From: an uncultured Clostridia bacterium
Lineage (GTDB): Bacteria; Bacillota; Clostridia; TANB77; CAG-508
Assembly (NCBI GenBank): GCA_934122235.1
Contig: CAKOWE010000003.1
Span: forward strand, 3,716 to 67,715
Reading direction: 5' to 3'
DNA length: 64,000 bases
Below are positions 1-10,109 of the stretch, one piece after another. The notes beneath the pieces are model-generated. The model did not search any database and was not told the DNA's origin. It saw nothing but the letters and a program-made list of their open reading frames with translations. Each line of letters begins with the position of its first letter. Position 1 is the first letter of the stretch. A program made the position numbers and the translations under genes.

Positions 1-534
1 AAAGATGCTTCAGGAATAGGAGAAATTAGAGTAAAAGGTCCTAATGTAATGTTAGGATATTATGAAGACGAAGAAAAAACAAACGAGGTTTTGAAAGATG
101 GATGGTTTTATACTGGAGACTTAGGGTATATAGATAAAAATGGTTTTATATTTATTACAGGAAGAAAAAAAGATATGATTGTTTTAAAAAACGGCAAGAA
201 AGTTTTTCCAGAAGAATTAGAAATGATAATAAATAAATTAGAAGAAGTCGATGAATGCTTTGTATATGGAATTCCAAATGAAGAAGATGAAAATGATTTT
301 AAATTATCTGTTAAAATTGTATATAATGAAGATGTTATAAAATATAAGTATGGAATTATTAGAGAAGAAGAGCTTCACAAAATATTATGGACAAAAATAA
401 AAGAAATTAATAAAACATTACCACAATATAAATATATAAAGAATATGATTTTAACTAAAGAGCCTCTAATAAAGACAACTACGAATAAAATAAAAAGAAA
501 TGAGGAATTAAAAAAATTAAATATTAATATGTAA
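1..534 (+). CDS. AMP-dependent synthetase/ligase (acyl-CoA ligase family), C-terminal part; gene starts upstream of window
   Basis: Frame of ORF 49..534 is open to base 1; C-terminal ANL-superfamily motifs (WFYTGDLGYIDKNGFIFITGRKKDMI..KNGKKVFPEELE). Confidence 0.7.
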   Translation, partial: KDASGIGEIRVKGPNVMLGYYEDEEKTNEVLKDGWFYTGDLGYIDKNGFIFITGRKKDMIVLKNGKKVFPEELEMIINKLEEVDECFVYGIPNEEDENDFKLSVKIVYNEDVIKYKYGIIREEELHKILWTKIKEINKTLPQYKYIKNMILTKEPLIKTTTNKIKRNEELKKLNINM

Positions 535-640
535 AGTGTTTAAACTGGCTATTATGTTGATAATAGTCAGCTTTTTTTGAGTAACCTATTGTAAAAATAG
601 TATAAATAAAATATAATAAATGACAAAAGGAGCGATTGGT

Positions 641-1498
641 ATGAAAAAAACAGCCTTAGTTTTGGAAGGCGGTGCCATGAGAAGCTTATATACATCTGGT
701 GTTTTAGATATATTTATGGAAAATGATATAAAAGTAGATGCTTTAATTGGTGTATCTGCTGGTGCTTTAACTGGAGCAAATTATATATCAAAACAGATTG
801 GAAGATCTGCTAAAATTAATATTGAATATTGTGATAATCCTAACTATATTGGAATAAAAGCATTAAAGGAAAGCAAAGGATGGTTTGGATTTGATTATTT
901 ATTTAATGAAATATCGAAAAACGAAGTACCATTTGATGAAGAAACCTTTAACAAAAATAACGAATGTAAATTTGTTGTTGGGGCAACTAATTGCAATACG
1001 GGAAAAACAGAATATTTTGAGAAAAGAGATTGGAAAAAAATAGAAAAAGTATTGCAAGCATCTTCTAGTATGCCATTAGTTTCAAATATGGTTGATATAA
1101 ATGGTGGTAAATATTTAGATGGTGCAATAGAATGTAATATTCCAATAAAATGGGCTTTAGATAATGATTATGATAAAATTATTGTGGTTCTAACAAGAGA
1201 TGAAACTTATGTTAAGAAGCCGATATCTAATAAAATGAAAAAAGCATATGCATTAGTATACAAGAAATATCCAGAATTAATAAAAACAATATATAATAGA
1301 CCACAGAAATATAATGAATTGAGAGAAAAAATAAAGGAATTAGAAAAAACTGGAAGAATATTAGTATTAAAACCTAAAACTCCAATAAATATTGCAAGAT
1401 TAGAAAAAGATAAGGAGAAACTAAAAAAATTATATGAAAATGGACGAAAAGAAACTAATGATAAATTGAAAGAAATTATTGAATATATAAAAAAATAG
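641..1498 (+). CDS. patatin-like phospholipase
   Basis: GGAMRSLYTSGVLD oxyanion motif and GVSAGAL (GxSxG) nucleophile elbow; start moved to ATG 641 behind AAAGGAG RBS. Confidence 0.8.
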   Translation: MKKTALVLEGGAMRSLYTSGVLDIFMENDIKVDALIGVSAGALTGANYISKQIGRSAKINIEYCDNPNYIGIKALKESKGWFGFDYLFNEISKNEVPFDEETFNKNNECKFVVGATNCNTGKTEYFEKRDWKKIEKVLQASSSMPLVSNMVDINGGKYLDGAIECNIPIKWALDNDYDKIIVVLTRDETYVKKPISNKMKKAYALVYKKYPELIKTIYNRPQKYNELREKIKELEKTGRILVLKPKTPINIARLEKDKEKLKKLYENGRKETNDKLKEIIEYIKK

Positions 1499-1534
1499 AA
1501 AGAAATAATATAAAATAAGTAGGAGAGAAAATTA

Positions 1535-2848
1535 ATGATATCACAAATAATAGTTTTAATAATACTTATAGCGCTGAATGCCTATTTTGCGGCTACAGAA
1601 ATAGCTTTTATAACATTAAATGACGCTAAAGTAGAAAAACAAGCAAAAGAGGGAAATAAAAAAGCAAAACAAATTCATAAAATGTTAAAGACACCAAGCA
1701 AATTTTTGGCAACTATACAAATTGGTATTACTTTAGCTGGATTTTTATCTAGTGCTTTTGCATCAAATACATTTGCTGATAAATTAGCACCAGTATTAAA
1801 TAAATGGATGCCTATATTAAGTGTTGGAACATGGAATACAATAGCCATAATTTTAATAACAATAATACTATCATTTTTTACTTTAGTATTTGGAGAATTA
1901 GTTCCAAAAAGATTGGCAATGAAGTATTATGAGAAAATAGCATATAGTACAATTGGAATAATAAGAGTAATATCTATTGTAACAGCACCATTTGTTAAAC
2001 TTTTAACAGTATCAACAAATGTTGTATCTAAAATTTTTGGAGTTTCAGAAAATGAAGAAGAAATTGTAACAGAAGAAGAAATAAAAATGATGGTTGATGA
2101 AGGAGAAGAAAAGGGAACAATACAAGAAGAAGAAAAAGAATTGATAAATAATGTTTTCGAGTTTAATGATACAGTTGCTTCAGAAATAATGACACATAGA
2201 ACTGATATGTTTGCAATTGATGTGAATTCAGATATTGTAGACGAATTAAATGAACTAGATGAATATAAGTACAGTAGAATACCTGTTTATGAAGAAACTA
2301 TAGATAATATTGTTGGAGTGTTATATGTTAAAGATTTATTGAAAGCTTTTGCAACAAAAAAACAAGTAAAAATAAAAGCATTATTAAGAAAAGCATATTT
2401 TGTTCCAGAGTCTAAACCGATAAATGAAATATTCAAAGATTTACAGATGAATCAAAAGCATATTGCTATTGTAGTTGATGAGTATGGCGGAACAGCAGGT
2501 TTAATAACAATGGAAGATATACTAGAAGAATTAGTAGGAAATATATTTGATGAATATGATGATGAGAAAGCTGATTATCAGAAAATAGATGAAAATACGT
2601 ATTTAATAAGTGGTAGTGTTAGTTTACATGAATTAAAGAAAATATTAAATGTAGAAGTACCAGAAGGTGATTATGACACATTATCTGGATATCTTTTAGA
2701 GTTATTAGGAAAATTGCCAGAAGATGAAAACGATACAATAATAGAAACTGAAGCAGTTACTTATAAAATAGAAGATTATGAAGATAAAAGAATTATGTGG
2801 GTTAAAGCGTGCAAGAACAACATAAAAAAAGAAGATGAAGAAAACTAA
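1535..2848 (+). CDS. HlyC/CorC (CNNM) family transporter: DUF21 TM domain + CBS pair + CorC_HlyC
   Basis: N-terminal 4-TM DUF21-like region, two CBS-like segments, C-terminal transporter-associated domain; length 437 aa typical. Confidence 0.85.
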   Translation: MISQIIVLIILIALNAYFAATEIAFITLNDAKVEKQAKEGNKKAKQIHKMLKTPSKFLATIQIGITLAGFLSSAFASNTFADKLAPVLNKWMPILSVGTWNTIAIILITIILSFFTLVFGELVPKRLAMKYYEKIAYSTIGIIRVISIVTAPFVKLLTVSTNVVSKIFGVSENEEEIVTEEEIKMMVDEGEEKGTIQEEEKELINNVFEFNDTVASEIMTHRTDMFAIDVNSDIVDELNELDEYKYSRIPVYEETIDNIVGVLYVKDLLKAFATKKQVKIKALLRKAYFVPESKPINEIFKDLQMNQKHIAIVVDEYGGTAGLITMEDILEELVGNIFDEYDDEKADYQKIDENTYLISGSVSLHELKKILNVEVPEGDYDTLSGYLLELLGKLPEDENDTIIETEAVTYKIEDYEDKRIMWVKACKNNIKKEDEEN

Positions 2849-2874
2849 TTATATTTGTTATAAAGGAGAATTTT

Positions 2875-3069
2875 ATGGAAAAGAAAACATTTAATCTTTT
2901 AATATTAGGTATGTTAGTAGTTTTAATAATAGTTGCGGTATTTAGTTGGATTACAATCACTAAACAGAAAGAAAAGGAAAAGCAGTTAAAAGATACTGTA
3001 GATGAAATACAAAATTCCTTAATAGATGTTGATAAAAAAGTTACACCTACACCAAAATTGAAACAATAA
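2875..3069 (+). CDS. small single-pass membrane protein, hypothetical
   Basis: 64 aa ORF with RBS AAAGGAG, one TM helix then charged coiled segment; no family recognised. Confidence 0.35.
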   Translation: MEKKTFNLLILGMLVVLIIVAVFSWITITKQKEKEKQLKDTVDEIQNSLIDVDKKVTPTPKLKQ

Positions 3070-3117
3070 TTAATATAAAAATTTATTATTAACCTTGCAA
3101 AAAAATGATTTGTGGGG

Positions 3118-3147
3118 TTGACTTTATGTATAGTGTTCTGTTATAAT
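3118..3147 (+). promoter_or_regulatory. putative sigma-A promoter of rpsB-tsf (TTGACT-18-TATAAT)
   Basis: TTGACT at 3118-3123 and TATAAT at 3142-3147, about 110 nt upstream of rpsB start. Confidence 0.45.
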
Positions 3148-3257
3148 ATTATAGTTAAAAAACACATAAAGCTAGTTTTAAATTTGTGCCTAAAATTAGA
3201 GGTGATTTAAAATGTTTGAAACTTTATGGAGGATAAAACAAAGAGGAGGAATTTAAA

Positions 3258-4040
3258 ATGGCAGTAGTTGCAATGAAACAATTACTAGAAGCAGGTGTAC
3301 ATTTCGGACACCAAACTAGAAGATGGGAACCAAAAATGGCTGAATACATATTTCAAGCAAGAAATGGTATCCATATTATCGATTTACAAAAGACATCTAA
3401 AAAAATTGATGAAGCTTACAAATTTATGAAAGAACAAGCTGAAGAAGGAAAAACAGTTTTATTTGTAGGAACAAAAAAACAAGCTCAAGAATGCATAAAA
3501 GATGCAGCAATTAAGAGTGGTATGTACTATGTTGACCAAAGATGGTTAGGTGGAATGTTAACAAACTTTGGAACAATTAGAAAAAGAATAGACAGATTAA
3601 AGAAATTAGAAGAAATGGAACAAGATGGAACTTTTGATGTATTACCTAAAAAAGAAGTAATAAAATTAAAAGGAGAAATGGAAAAACTAGAGAAAAATTT
3701 AGGTGGTATTAAAGAAATGACAAAATTACCAGATGTAATGTTTATAGTTGATCCAAAAAAAGAGAGAATAGCAATATTAGAAGCTAGAAAATTAAATATA
3801 CCTATAATAGGATTAATAGATACAAATTGCAATCCTGAAGATGTTGATTATCCAATTCCAGGAAATGATGATGCAATACGTGCTGTAAAATTAATTACAG
3901 ATGTAATGGCAAATGCAATAATAGAAGGAAGACAAGGAGAAACAGCTGAAACTGTTTCTGAAGAAATTGCAGAAGCTGTTGAAAATGCAGAGCCTACAGA
4001 TATTGAAGAAGTAGCTGCAGAAGAAACAACTCAAGAGTAA
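3258..4040 (+). CDS. rpsB: 30S ribosomal protein S2
   Basis: [26 protein letters not shown]-terminus, conserved S2 throughout, acidic C-tail; strong RBS GAGGAGG. Confidence 0.95.
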   Translation: MAVVAMKQLLEAGVHFGHQTRRWEPKMAEYIFQARNGIHIIDLQKTSKKIDEAYKFMKEQAEEGKTVLFVGTKKQAQECIKDAAIKSGMYYVDQRWLGGMLTNFGTIRKRIDRLKKLEEMEQDGTFDVLPKKEVIKLKGEMEKLEKNLGGIKEMTKLPDVMFIVDPKKERIAILEARKLNIPIIGLIDTNCNPEDVDYPIPGNDDAIRAVKLITDVMANAIIEGRQGETAETVSEEIAEAVENAEPTDIEEVAAEETTQE

Positions 4041-4072
4041 TTATTTTGTTAAGTGAAATATATTAATTTATT

Positions 4073-4106
4073 GTACGGGCGAGCGATGCTCGTCTGTACT
4101 TTTCTT
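4073..4106 (+). terminator. GC-rich hairpin + T-run between rpsB and tsf (partial terminator/attenuator)
   Basis: gtacgggcgagcgatgctcgtctgtac inverted repeat followed by ttttctt. Confidence 0.4.
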
Positions 4107-4165
4107 ATTAAGAGATAACTTTTTAGTAATATTTATAAATAAAATATATAAGGAGGTATATCAAA

Positions 4166-5047
4166 ATGATAACAGCAGAATTAGTAAAAGAACTAAGAGA
4201 AAAAACAGGTGCAGGAATGATGGACTGCAAAAAAGTTTTAACAGAAACAGACGGAGATATGGAAAAAGCAGCAGAATTATTAAGAGAAAGAGGAATTGCA
4301 AAAGCTGCAAAAAAATCAGATAGAATAGCAGCAGAAGGTTTAGTATATACATATGTAACAGATGATAAAAAAGTTGGTGCAGTTGTAGAAGTAAATGCAG
4401 AGACAGATTTCGTTGCTAAAAATGAAGAATTTAGAACATTTGTTGCAAATGTAGCTGAACAAATAGCAAAACAAAATCCAAAAGATGTTGAAGATTTATT
4501 AAATCAAAAATCAATACAAGAACCAGACAAAACAGTTGGAGAAGTTTTAACAAATAAAATTGCTACAATTGGAGAAAATATGTCTATAAGAAGATTTGCA
4601 AGATTCGAGACAACAGGACTTGTAGAAAGCTATGTACATGGAGATGGAAAAATAGGTGTATTAGTTAATCTAGAAGGTGGAGATAGTGAGCTTGCAAAAG
4701 ATATTTGTATGCAAATAGCTGCTGCAAGACCAGAATATTTAAATAGAGAAGCAGTTCCTGCTGAAAAAGTAGAAAAAGAAATGGAAATATTAAAAGCACA
4801 AGCAATGAACGAAGGAAAGCCAGCTGAAATTGCTGAAAAAATGGTTCAAGGAAGAATTGGAAAATTTTATTCAGAAATATGTTTATTAGAGCAACCATTT
4901 GTAAAAGATCCAGATATGAAAGTTCAAAAATTAGTAGAAAGTAAAAATGCTAAAGTAATAGAATTTGCAAGATTTGAAAAAGGTGAAGGAATAGAGAAAA
5001 AACAAGAAAACTTTGCTGAAGAAGTTGCAAAACAAATAAAACAATAA
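4166..5047 (+). CDS. tsf: elongation factor Ts
   Basis: MITAELVKELREKTGAGMMDCKKVL N-terminal UBA-like motif and EF-Ts dimerisation domains; conserved rpsB-tsf synteny. Confidence 0.95.
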   Translation: MITAELVKELREKTGAGMMDCKKVLTETDGDMEKAAELLRERGIAKAAKKSDRIAAEGLVYTYVTDDKKVGAVVEVNAETDFVAKNEEFRTFVANVAEQIAKQNPKDVEDLLNQKSIQEPDKTVGEVLTNKIATIGENMSIRRFARFETTGLVESYVHGDGKIGVLVNLEGGDSELAKDICMQIAAARPEYLNREAVPAEKVEKEMEILKAQAMNEGKPAEIAEKMVQGRIGKFYSEICLLEQPFVKDPDMKVQKLVESKNAKVIEFARFEKGEGIEKKQENFAEEVAKQIKQ

Positions 5048-5060
5048 TTAATAGAATATT

Positions 5061-5100
5061 AAACAATAGGGGTTACATTTTTTTGCAGCCCCTATTGTTT
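5061..5100 (+). terminator. rho-independent terminator after tsf
   Basis: aaacaatagggg...cccctattgttt inverted repeat with internal T-run. Confidence 0.6.
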
Positions 5101-5117
5101 AAAAGAATGGATTTGTT

Positions 5118-6053
5118 ATGGTAGAAGAAAGTAATAAAAAAGTAACATATTTAATTGGTATAGTAATACTAGTTTTTATTTTAATTTGTATTAGTATTAT
5201 TATAATAAAACGTTTTGCAAAGGCTCCGTATGATAAACCTACGATTCCAGAAGGTTTTTATTATGTTACAGGAGAATGGAATTCAGGCTATGTAATAAGC
5301 GATAGTAAAGAGGATGAAAATAACCCAAGTGGAAATAACGGCAACCAGTTTGTTTGGATTCCTGTAAAAGATATAAATTATTTTAAAAGAACTGTAAGTT
5401 TTGGAGATAAAATAGTAGAACCAAATTCTGGATACACAGAACCTAGCGAAAATGACACAGAATATAAAGAAATGGTGGATAGTGTAAAAAAATATGGTGG
5501 ATTTTATATAGGAAGATATGAAACAGGAGATGCGGACTCGATAGAACTACGAACAAAGGCTACAGAAAATCATAGAGCTGTAATAAAGAGAGAAGCGATA
5601 GTATATAACTATATTGCTTGCGAGAATGGAGGTAATGATGCTATAACTATTGCTAAGTCTATGTATAAAGAATCAACATCCGTAAAAAGCACTTTGGTTT
5701 ATGGAGTTCAATGGGATGCCGTTATGAATTTTGTTAAAGAAGAGGTTGATTTAACAAATTCAAATGAATGGGGAAATTACAAAGACAGTACAGGAAATGC
5801 TGAACCAAAATCAGCATTGCTTCAAACAACAGGAGCTAGTGAATATTGGGTGGCGAAAAATATTTATGATTTAGCAGGAAATGTTGGAGAATGGACAATG
5901 GAAAGCAATTTGGAAAGTATGAAGGTTGTAAGAGGTGGAGCTTATAATAATAATGGAGATACCAACGGATACCCTGTGGCTGGAAGATATGATAATTATC
6001 CAAGAAATACAAATAGAAATGTAGGATTTAGAATTGCATTATATATTAAATAA
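5118..6053 (+). CDS. membrane-anchored FGE-sulfatase (SUMF1/formylglycine-generating-enzyme-like) domain protein
   Basis: N-terminal TM helix; C-terminal motifs NIYDLAGNVGEWTME, VVRGGAYNN, R..NVGFRIAL match the FGE-sulfatase C-type-lectin-like fold. Confidence 0.55.
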   Translation: MVEESNKKVTYLIGIVILVFILICISIIIIKRFAKAPYDKPTIPEGFYYVTGEWNSGYVISDSKEDENNPSGNNGNQFVWIPVKDINYFKRTVSFGDKIVEPNSGYTEPSENDTEYKEMVDSVKKYGGFYIGRYETGDADSIELRTKATENHRAVIKREAIVYNYIACENGGNDAITIAKSMYKESTSVKSTLVYGVQWDAVMNFVKEEVDLTNSNEWGNYKDSTGNAEPKSALLQTTGASEYWVAKNIYDLAGNVGEWTMESNLESMKVVRGGAYNNNGDTNGYPVAGRYDNYPRNTNRNVGFRIALYIK

Positions 6054-6134
6054 ATATTATTAAAAATTTTCAAAAATTTCAATACTTAAAAAACATATAA
6101 TTGGGAAAAATATATTCATAATAATAAATTAAAA

Positions 6135-7364
6135 ATGAGGTTTATTATGAAGAATAAAAAAATAATTCCAATTATATGTTTTTTGTTAGTAACATTAATT
6201 TATGTTACAAATATTACTGCCATTCCCAACAATATAATATTATTAAAAAATGAGGAGTTAAATCTTGGAAATATAGCTGGAGTAACAGTAAATGTAAAAA
6301 ATAATAAAGATTATACAGCCGTACAAACTGTCGCTGGAGCAAATGATAGTAGTTCTTCAAAAGAAGTTACATTACAATTAAGTTTATTTAATGCAATTCC
6401 TTTAAAAGATATTACAGTTAATGTTATTCCAACAACAACTGTAATACCTGTTGGAACTACTGTTGGTTTAAAATTATATACAAATGGAGTGCTTGTTGTA
6501 GGAAAAGCTGAAGTAAATGGTAGAAAACCATATGAAAAAACGGGGATTGAAGAGGGAGATATGATTGTTTCTTTAGATGAAAAAATCGTTACTTGTACAG
6601 CAGATTTAATAAAAAAAGTAAATGATTCAAAAGGAAGAGAGTTAAATGTTAAATATATAAGAGAAGGAAAAGAATATCAAACGGAAATAACGCCTATTCA
6701 AACTTCTAGCAATGAGTATAAACTTGGTTTGTGGGTAAGAGATGCAGCTGCAGGAGTTGGAACAATAACATATTATGAGCCTTCAACAGGAAATTTTGCT
6801 GCCTTGGGACATGGAATATTAGATATAGATACAGAAAAATTAATAACTATTGCAAAAGGTGAAATTGTAACGGCTAATATATTATCTATAATAAAAGGAG
6901 AAAAGGGAACACCAGGAGAAATTAGAGGAACGATTGCAAGTAATAATACAATAGGACAAGTTTCAAAGAATACAAATTTGGGGATATATGGTAAAATAAA
7001 TGATGTGAGTCAACTAAATATAGCAACTTCTAATGAATTAGAAGTTGCTGTAAGAAATGAAATTAAAATAGGAAAAGCTGAAATAATATGTAGTTTAGAA
7101 AATGGTGTAAAAAACAGTTATGAAATACAAATAAAGAAAATATTTAAAAATAATAATACAGACAATAAAAGCATGTTAATAGAAGTAACAGATGAAAGAT
7201 TATTAGAAAAAACTGGTGGAATAATACAAGGGATGAGCGGTTCACCAATAGTGCAGAACGGAAAATTTATAGGAGCTGTTACTCATGTGTTGGTAAATAA
7301 CCCAAAGCAAGGATATGCAGTATTTGCAGATATGATGATAAAGGAAATGCGAAGCTTAAAGTAA
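6135..7364 (+). CDS. spoIVB: stage IV sporulation protein B, SpoIVB peptidase (PDZ + S55)
   Basis: PDZ segment (GIEEGDMIVSLDEKIV) and S55 catalytic region GMSGSPIVQNGKFIGAVTHVLVNNP. Confidence 0.85.
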   Translation: MRFIMKNKKIIPIICFLLVTLIYVTNITAIPNNIILLKNEELNLGNIAGVTVNVKNNKDYTAVQTVAGANDSSSSKEVTLQLSLFNAIPLKDITVNVIPTTTVIPVGTTVGLKLYTNGVLVVGKAEVNGRKPYEKTGIEEGDMIVSLDEKIVTCTADLIKKVNDSKGRELNVKYIREGKEYQTEITPIQTSSNEYKLGLWVRDAAAGVGTITYYEPSTGNFAALGHGILDIDTEKLITIAKGEIVTANILSIIKGEKGTPGEIRGTIASNNTIGQVSKNTNLGIYGKINDVSQLNIATSNELEVAVRNEIKIGKAEIICSLENGVKNSYEIQIKKIFKNNNTDNKSMLIEVTDERLLEKTGGIIQGMSGSPIVQNGKFIGAVTHVLVNNPKQGYAVFADMMIKEMRSLK

Positions 7365-7396
7365 AAAATATGCCTTTTAAAAAGGCATATTTTTTA
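7365..7396. terminator. bidirectional rho-independent terminator between spoIVB (+) and MFS gene (-)
   Basis: aaaaatatgcctttt aa aaaggcatatttttt perfect inverted repeat flanked by A/T runs. Confidence 0.7.
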
Positions 7397-8689
7397 CTTT
7401 AAAGTTATAAATTCAATATCAGATTTTTTGTATTCTTCTGGTTTTAAACCAACTCTTGTTTTCATATATTGCAAGGTAAACATGAAGCCAATTAAAAAAG
7501 ATATACCAAGTATTATTAAAGATTGCGCTGTTGTAAAATGGTCTATAATAAGTGAGGCAATCTGTAATATAATTGTGCTAAAAATGCTTATAACTAAAGA
7601 TCTTGCAGAAAATATTTTGTTTCTAATATCTTTACTAGAAAAGCTATTTAAATATTTATCAATTAACGTATAATAAGGTCCCTTTACAATATAATGTATA
7701 GAAAAAATAATTAAAATAATAACTATAGAGCTAGAGTTATTAATTGTACCTATAATTCCGGCAGAAATAAATAATAAACACATACTCATACTGAAAAAAG
7801 CTAATGTTTTATTTCTAAATTTATTATGGAACCAGTCTTGCTTTTTTGAAGAAATACTTGCAATTATTTGGTATATTGCGGCGAAAATTCCAAAATATTG
7901 TGCAGGGACATTTAAATCAACAAAAAGGCTGCTTCTAAGTGTTGAAGAAATGTTTAATATACTATAAAACATTATAGAAAACAAAAGTAAAGCACGAAGC
8001 CTTCTTGATTTAAATATAAATTTAAAAGCGTATTTGGTATCTTGTATATATTCTTTTAAACCTTTAACAGAGTATTCTTCGTCGTTAGATTCTTGAGAAT
8101 TTGGTTCTGTAACATTATCATCTTCAAAATTAAAGCAAATCAGAGCAGAAATTATCAAACAAGCTATACAAAAATACATAGGAAAATAAGCGTTTATTAC
8201 AAAACTAAAACTTGCAATTATTGATGTTATCCCATCAAAAAAATACCATAGTGAAGCTCCCTTTGAGTCAATTTTTGCAAATATTTTTCCTTTATCACTA
8301 CATTGTGGAATGGAACTATATAATAAAGGAGATTCACATAAATCCTTAAAACTATAGCCAAAAGCCATTACGAAAAAAGCAATAATAATGTGAGAGAAGT
8401 TAGCGGATATTATGACAATGTAAATACTAAGTGCAACTAAAATATTTCCTGTAATTAAACAAGTCTTGTTACCAAGTTTATCAAGAAGCATAATACAGAA
8501 AATTTGAACAAACATTTTGAAAAATATATAAAATGCATCTGCAGAAATTACTTGTGAAGCGGAAAATCCTTTTTCTTGAGTTAAAAATAAAAAGCTTATT
8601 GCGTAATAAAATAATAAATCCCATGAAAACATCTTATAAATTGGAAATAGTTTCATGTTTGTTTTAGACTTAAACATATTAACCTCCAT
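7394..8689 (-). CDS. MFS-type transporter (12-TM), substrate unknown
   Basis: 431 aa polytopic membrane protein with MFS-like helix pattern and basic loop motifs. Confidence 0.55.
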   Translation of the reverse strand: MEVNMFKSKTNMKLFPIYKMFSWDLLFYYAISFLFLTQEKGFSASQVISADAFYIFFKMFVQIFCIMLLDKLGNKTCLITGNILVALSIYIVIISANFSHIIIAFFVMAFGYSFKDLCESPLLYSSIPQCSDKGKIFAKIDSKGASLWYFFDGITSIIASFSFVINAYFPMYFCIACLIISALICFNFEDDNVTEPNSQESNDEEYSVKGLKEYIQDTKYAFKFIFKSRRLRALLLFSIMFYSILNISSTLRSSLFVDLNVPAQYFGIFAAIYQIIASISSKKQDWFHNKFRNKTLAFFSMSMCLLFISAGIIGTINNSSSIVIILIIFSIHYIVKGPYYTLIDKYLNSFSSKDIRNKIFSARSLVISIFSTIILQIASLIIDHFTTAQSLIILGISFLIGFMFTLQYMKTRVGLKPEEYKKSDIEFITLK

Positions 8690-8827
8690 CTTTTGTAAAG
8701 CAAAAATAATATCTTAATTTTACAAATAGATTATATAGGAAGTAAAAGTAAATTGCAAATAAATTTGACAAACAAATGAGATATTGATAATATATAAAAA
8801 TAAAAGATAAACAACCGGAGGACTTAA

Positions 8828-9341
8828 ATGATTTTATATCCAAAAAAGTATTTAAAAAATGTAAAAGAAATAACTATAGATTTTTTAAAACAAAATAATA
8901 TAAAAGGATTAATATTAGATATAGATAATACATTAATAGACTTTGATAAGAATTTATTAGAAGGTGTTAATGAATGGTGTAAAAACAACAAGTTAAATGG
9001 TATAAAAATGTGTATAGTTTCTAACACAAATAAGGTAGAAAAGGTTAAAAAAGTCGCAAAAGAACTAGAAATACCATATATATTTTTTGCAAAGAAGCCA
9101 TTTAAGAAGCGGATTTATTAAAGCAAAAAATATTTTAGAATTACCAGAAGAAAATATTGGAGTGGTAGGAGATCAAATATTTACTGATGTAATAGGTGCT
9201 AATAGGTGCAAAATGTATTCAATATTAACAGCACCTATTGATGAAAGAGATATAATAGCAACTAGAATAAAAAGACCACTTGAGAAACTTATAATAAAAA
9301 AATATTTAAAAAAACAAGGAGAGAATTTAAATGTATATTAA
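8828..9341 (+). CDS. yqeG: YqeG-family HAD-IIIA phosphatase; reading frame interrupted at an in-frame CGG (9110-9112) and restored by +1 shift into GGA (Gly)
   Basis: ORFs 8828..9121 and 9087..9341 are N- and C-halves of YqeG (..FAKKPFKK | GFIKAKNILELP..GDQIFTDV); removing C9110 gives a continuous KKGF junction. Confidence 0.7.
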
Positions 9342-10074
9342 TGATGTACACATTTTAATATATATAGTTTTTTTACTATTCGGAGCTTTAGTAGGGCAAT
9401 TTGTAGAATGGATAAATACAAGAATAACCAAAAATAAAAAAGTATTTTCTAAAGAGATTGTCCAAATGTTCAAAGGAAAAATAAATTATTTTTCTATAAT
9501 TTTAACAGCAATGTTATATATCATAACATTATATAGATTTGGAATACAAAATAATTTGTTAGAGAATTTAGAATTTATTAAATATATTTTACTAATTCCA
9601 TTATTAATATCAATAATGATTATAGATTATAAGAAAAAAATAATTCCAAATAGATTAACACTTACTATTTTTGAAAGTGGAATTATATTTACATTTATGT
9701 ATGCAATAAATAATTTATTTGTTGCTAGAGATTGCTTGCTAGGGGCTCTTGTAGGAACGGTTATTTTTTGGGTTATAGCATTACTTGGAAGATTTATTGC
9801 TGGAAAAGAAGCTATGGGCATGGGAGATATTAAGTTCTTAGCTGGATTAGGCTTATATTTCGGAACATCACTAACAATATCAATATCTATTATTTCGTTT
9901 ATAATTGCTGGAATTATAAGTATTATAATGTTGATTTCAAAAAAGAAGAATAGTGAATACATGACTTTTGGACCTTGCATAAGCTTAGCAGCAATATTAT
10001 GCATAATAATTCCAGAAAAAATGATAATATCTACATTATTAATAATATTTACACTTGGAAGATACAAAGCATAA
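9331..10074 (+). CDS. prepilin (type IV leader) peptidase, A24 family
   Basis: Polytopic membrane protein with the A24 catalytic-Asp loop region AMGMGDIKFLAGLGLYFG and 6-8 TM helices. Confidence 0.75.
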   Translation: MYINDVHILIYIVFLLFGALVGQFVEWINTRITKNKKVFSKEIVQMFKGKINYFSIILTAMLYIITLYRFGIQNNLLENLEFIKYILLIPLLISIMIIDYKKKIIPNRLTLTIFESGIIFTFMYAINNLFVARDCLLGALVGTVIFWVIALLGRFIAGKEAMGMGDIKFLAGLGLYFGTSLTISISIISFIIAGIISIIMLISKKKNSEYMTFGPCISLAAILCIIIPEKMIISTLLIIFTLGRYKA

Positions 10075-10109
10075 AACTATTAAAATTTAGTCTAATAGGA
10101 GGAAATAGT

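Noticed and set aside
3527-3832. Assorted antisense ORFs in the track (3527..3832-, 4161..4352-, 14026..14307-, 14431..14733-, 18497..18802-, 19165..19818-, 28084..28563-, 31402..31713-, 49421..49819-, 50657..50983-, 61501..61794-)
   Set aside because: All are embedded opposite well-supported conserved genes, have hydrophobic low-complexity translations, and lack an RBS.
9087-9341. Treating yqeG, priA and uvrA as ordinary pseudogenes
   Set aside because: All breaks are single-base +1 events at the identical CGG-GGN context, and the downstream frames are fully conserved. Independent pseudogenisation would not produce this regularity, so they are kept as interrupted CDS with artefact-versus-recoding left open.
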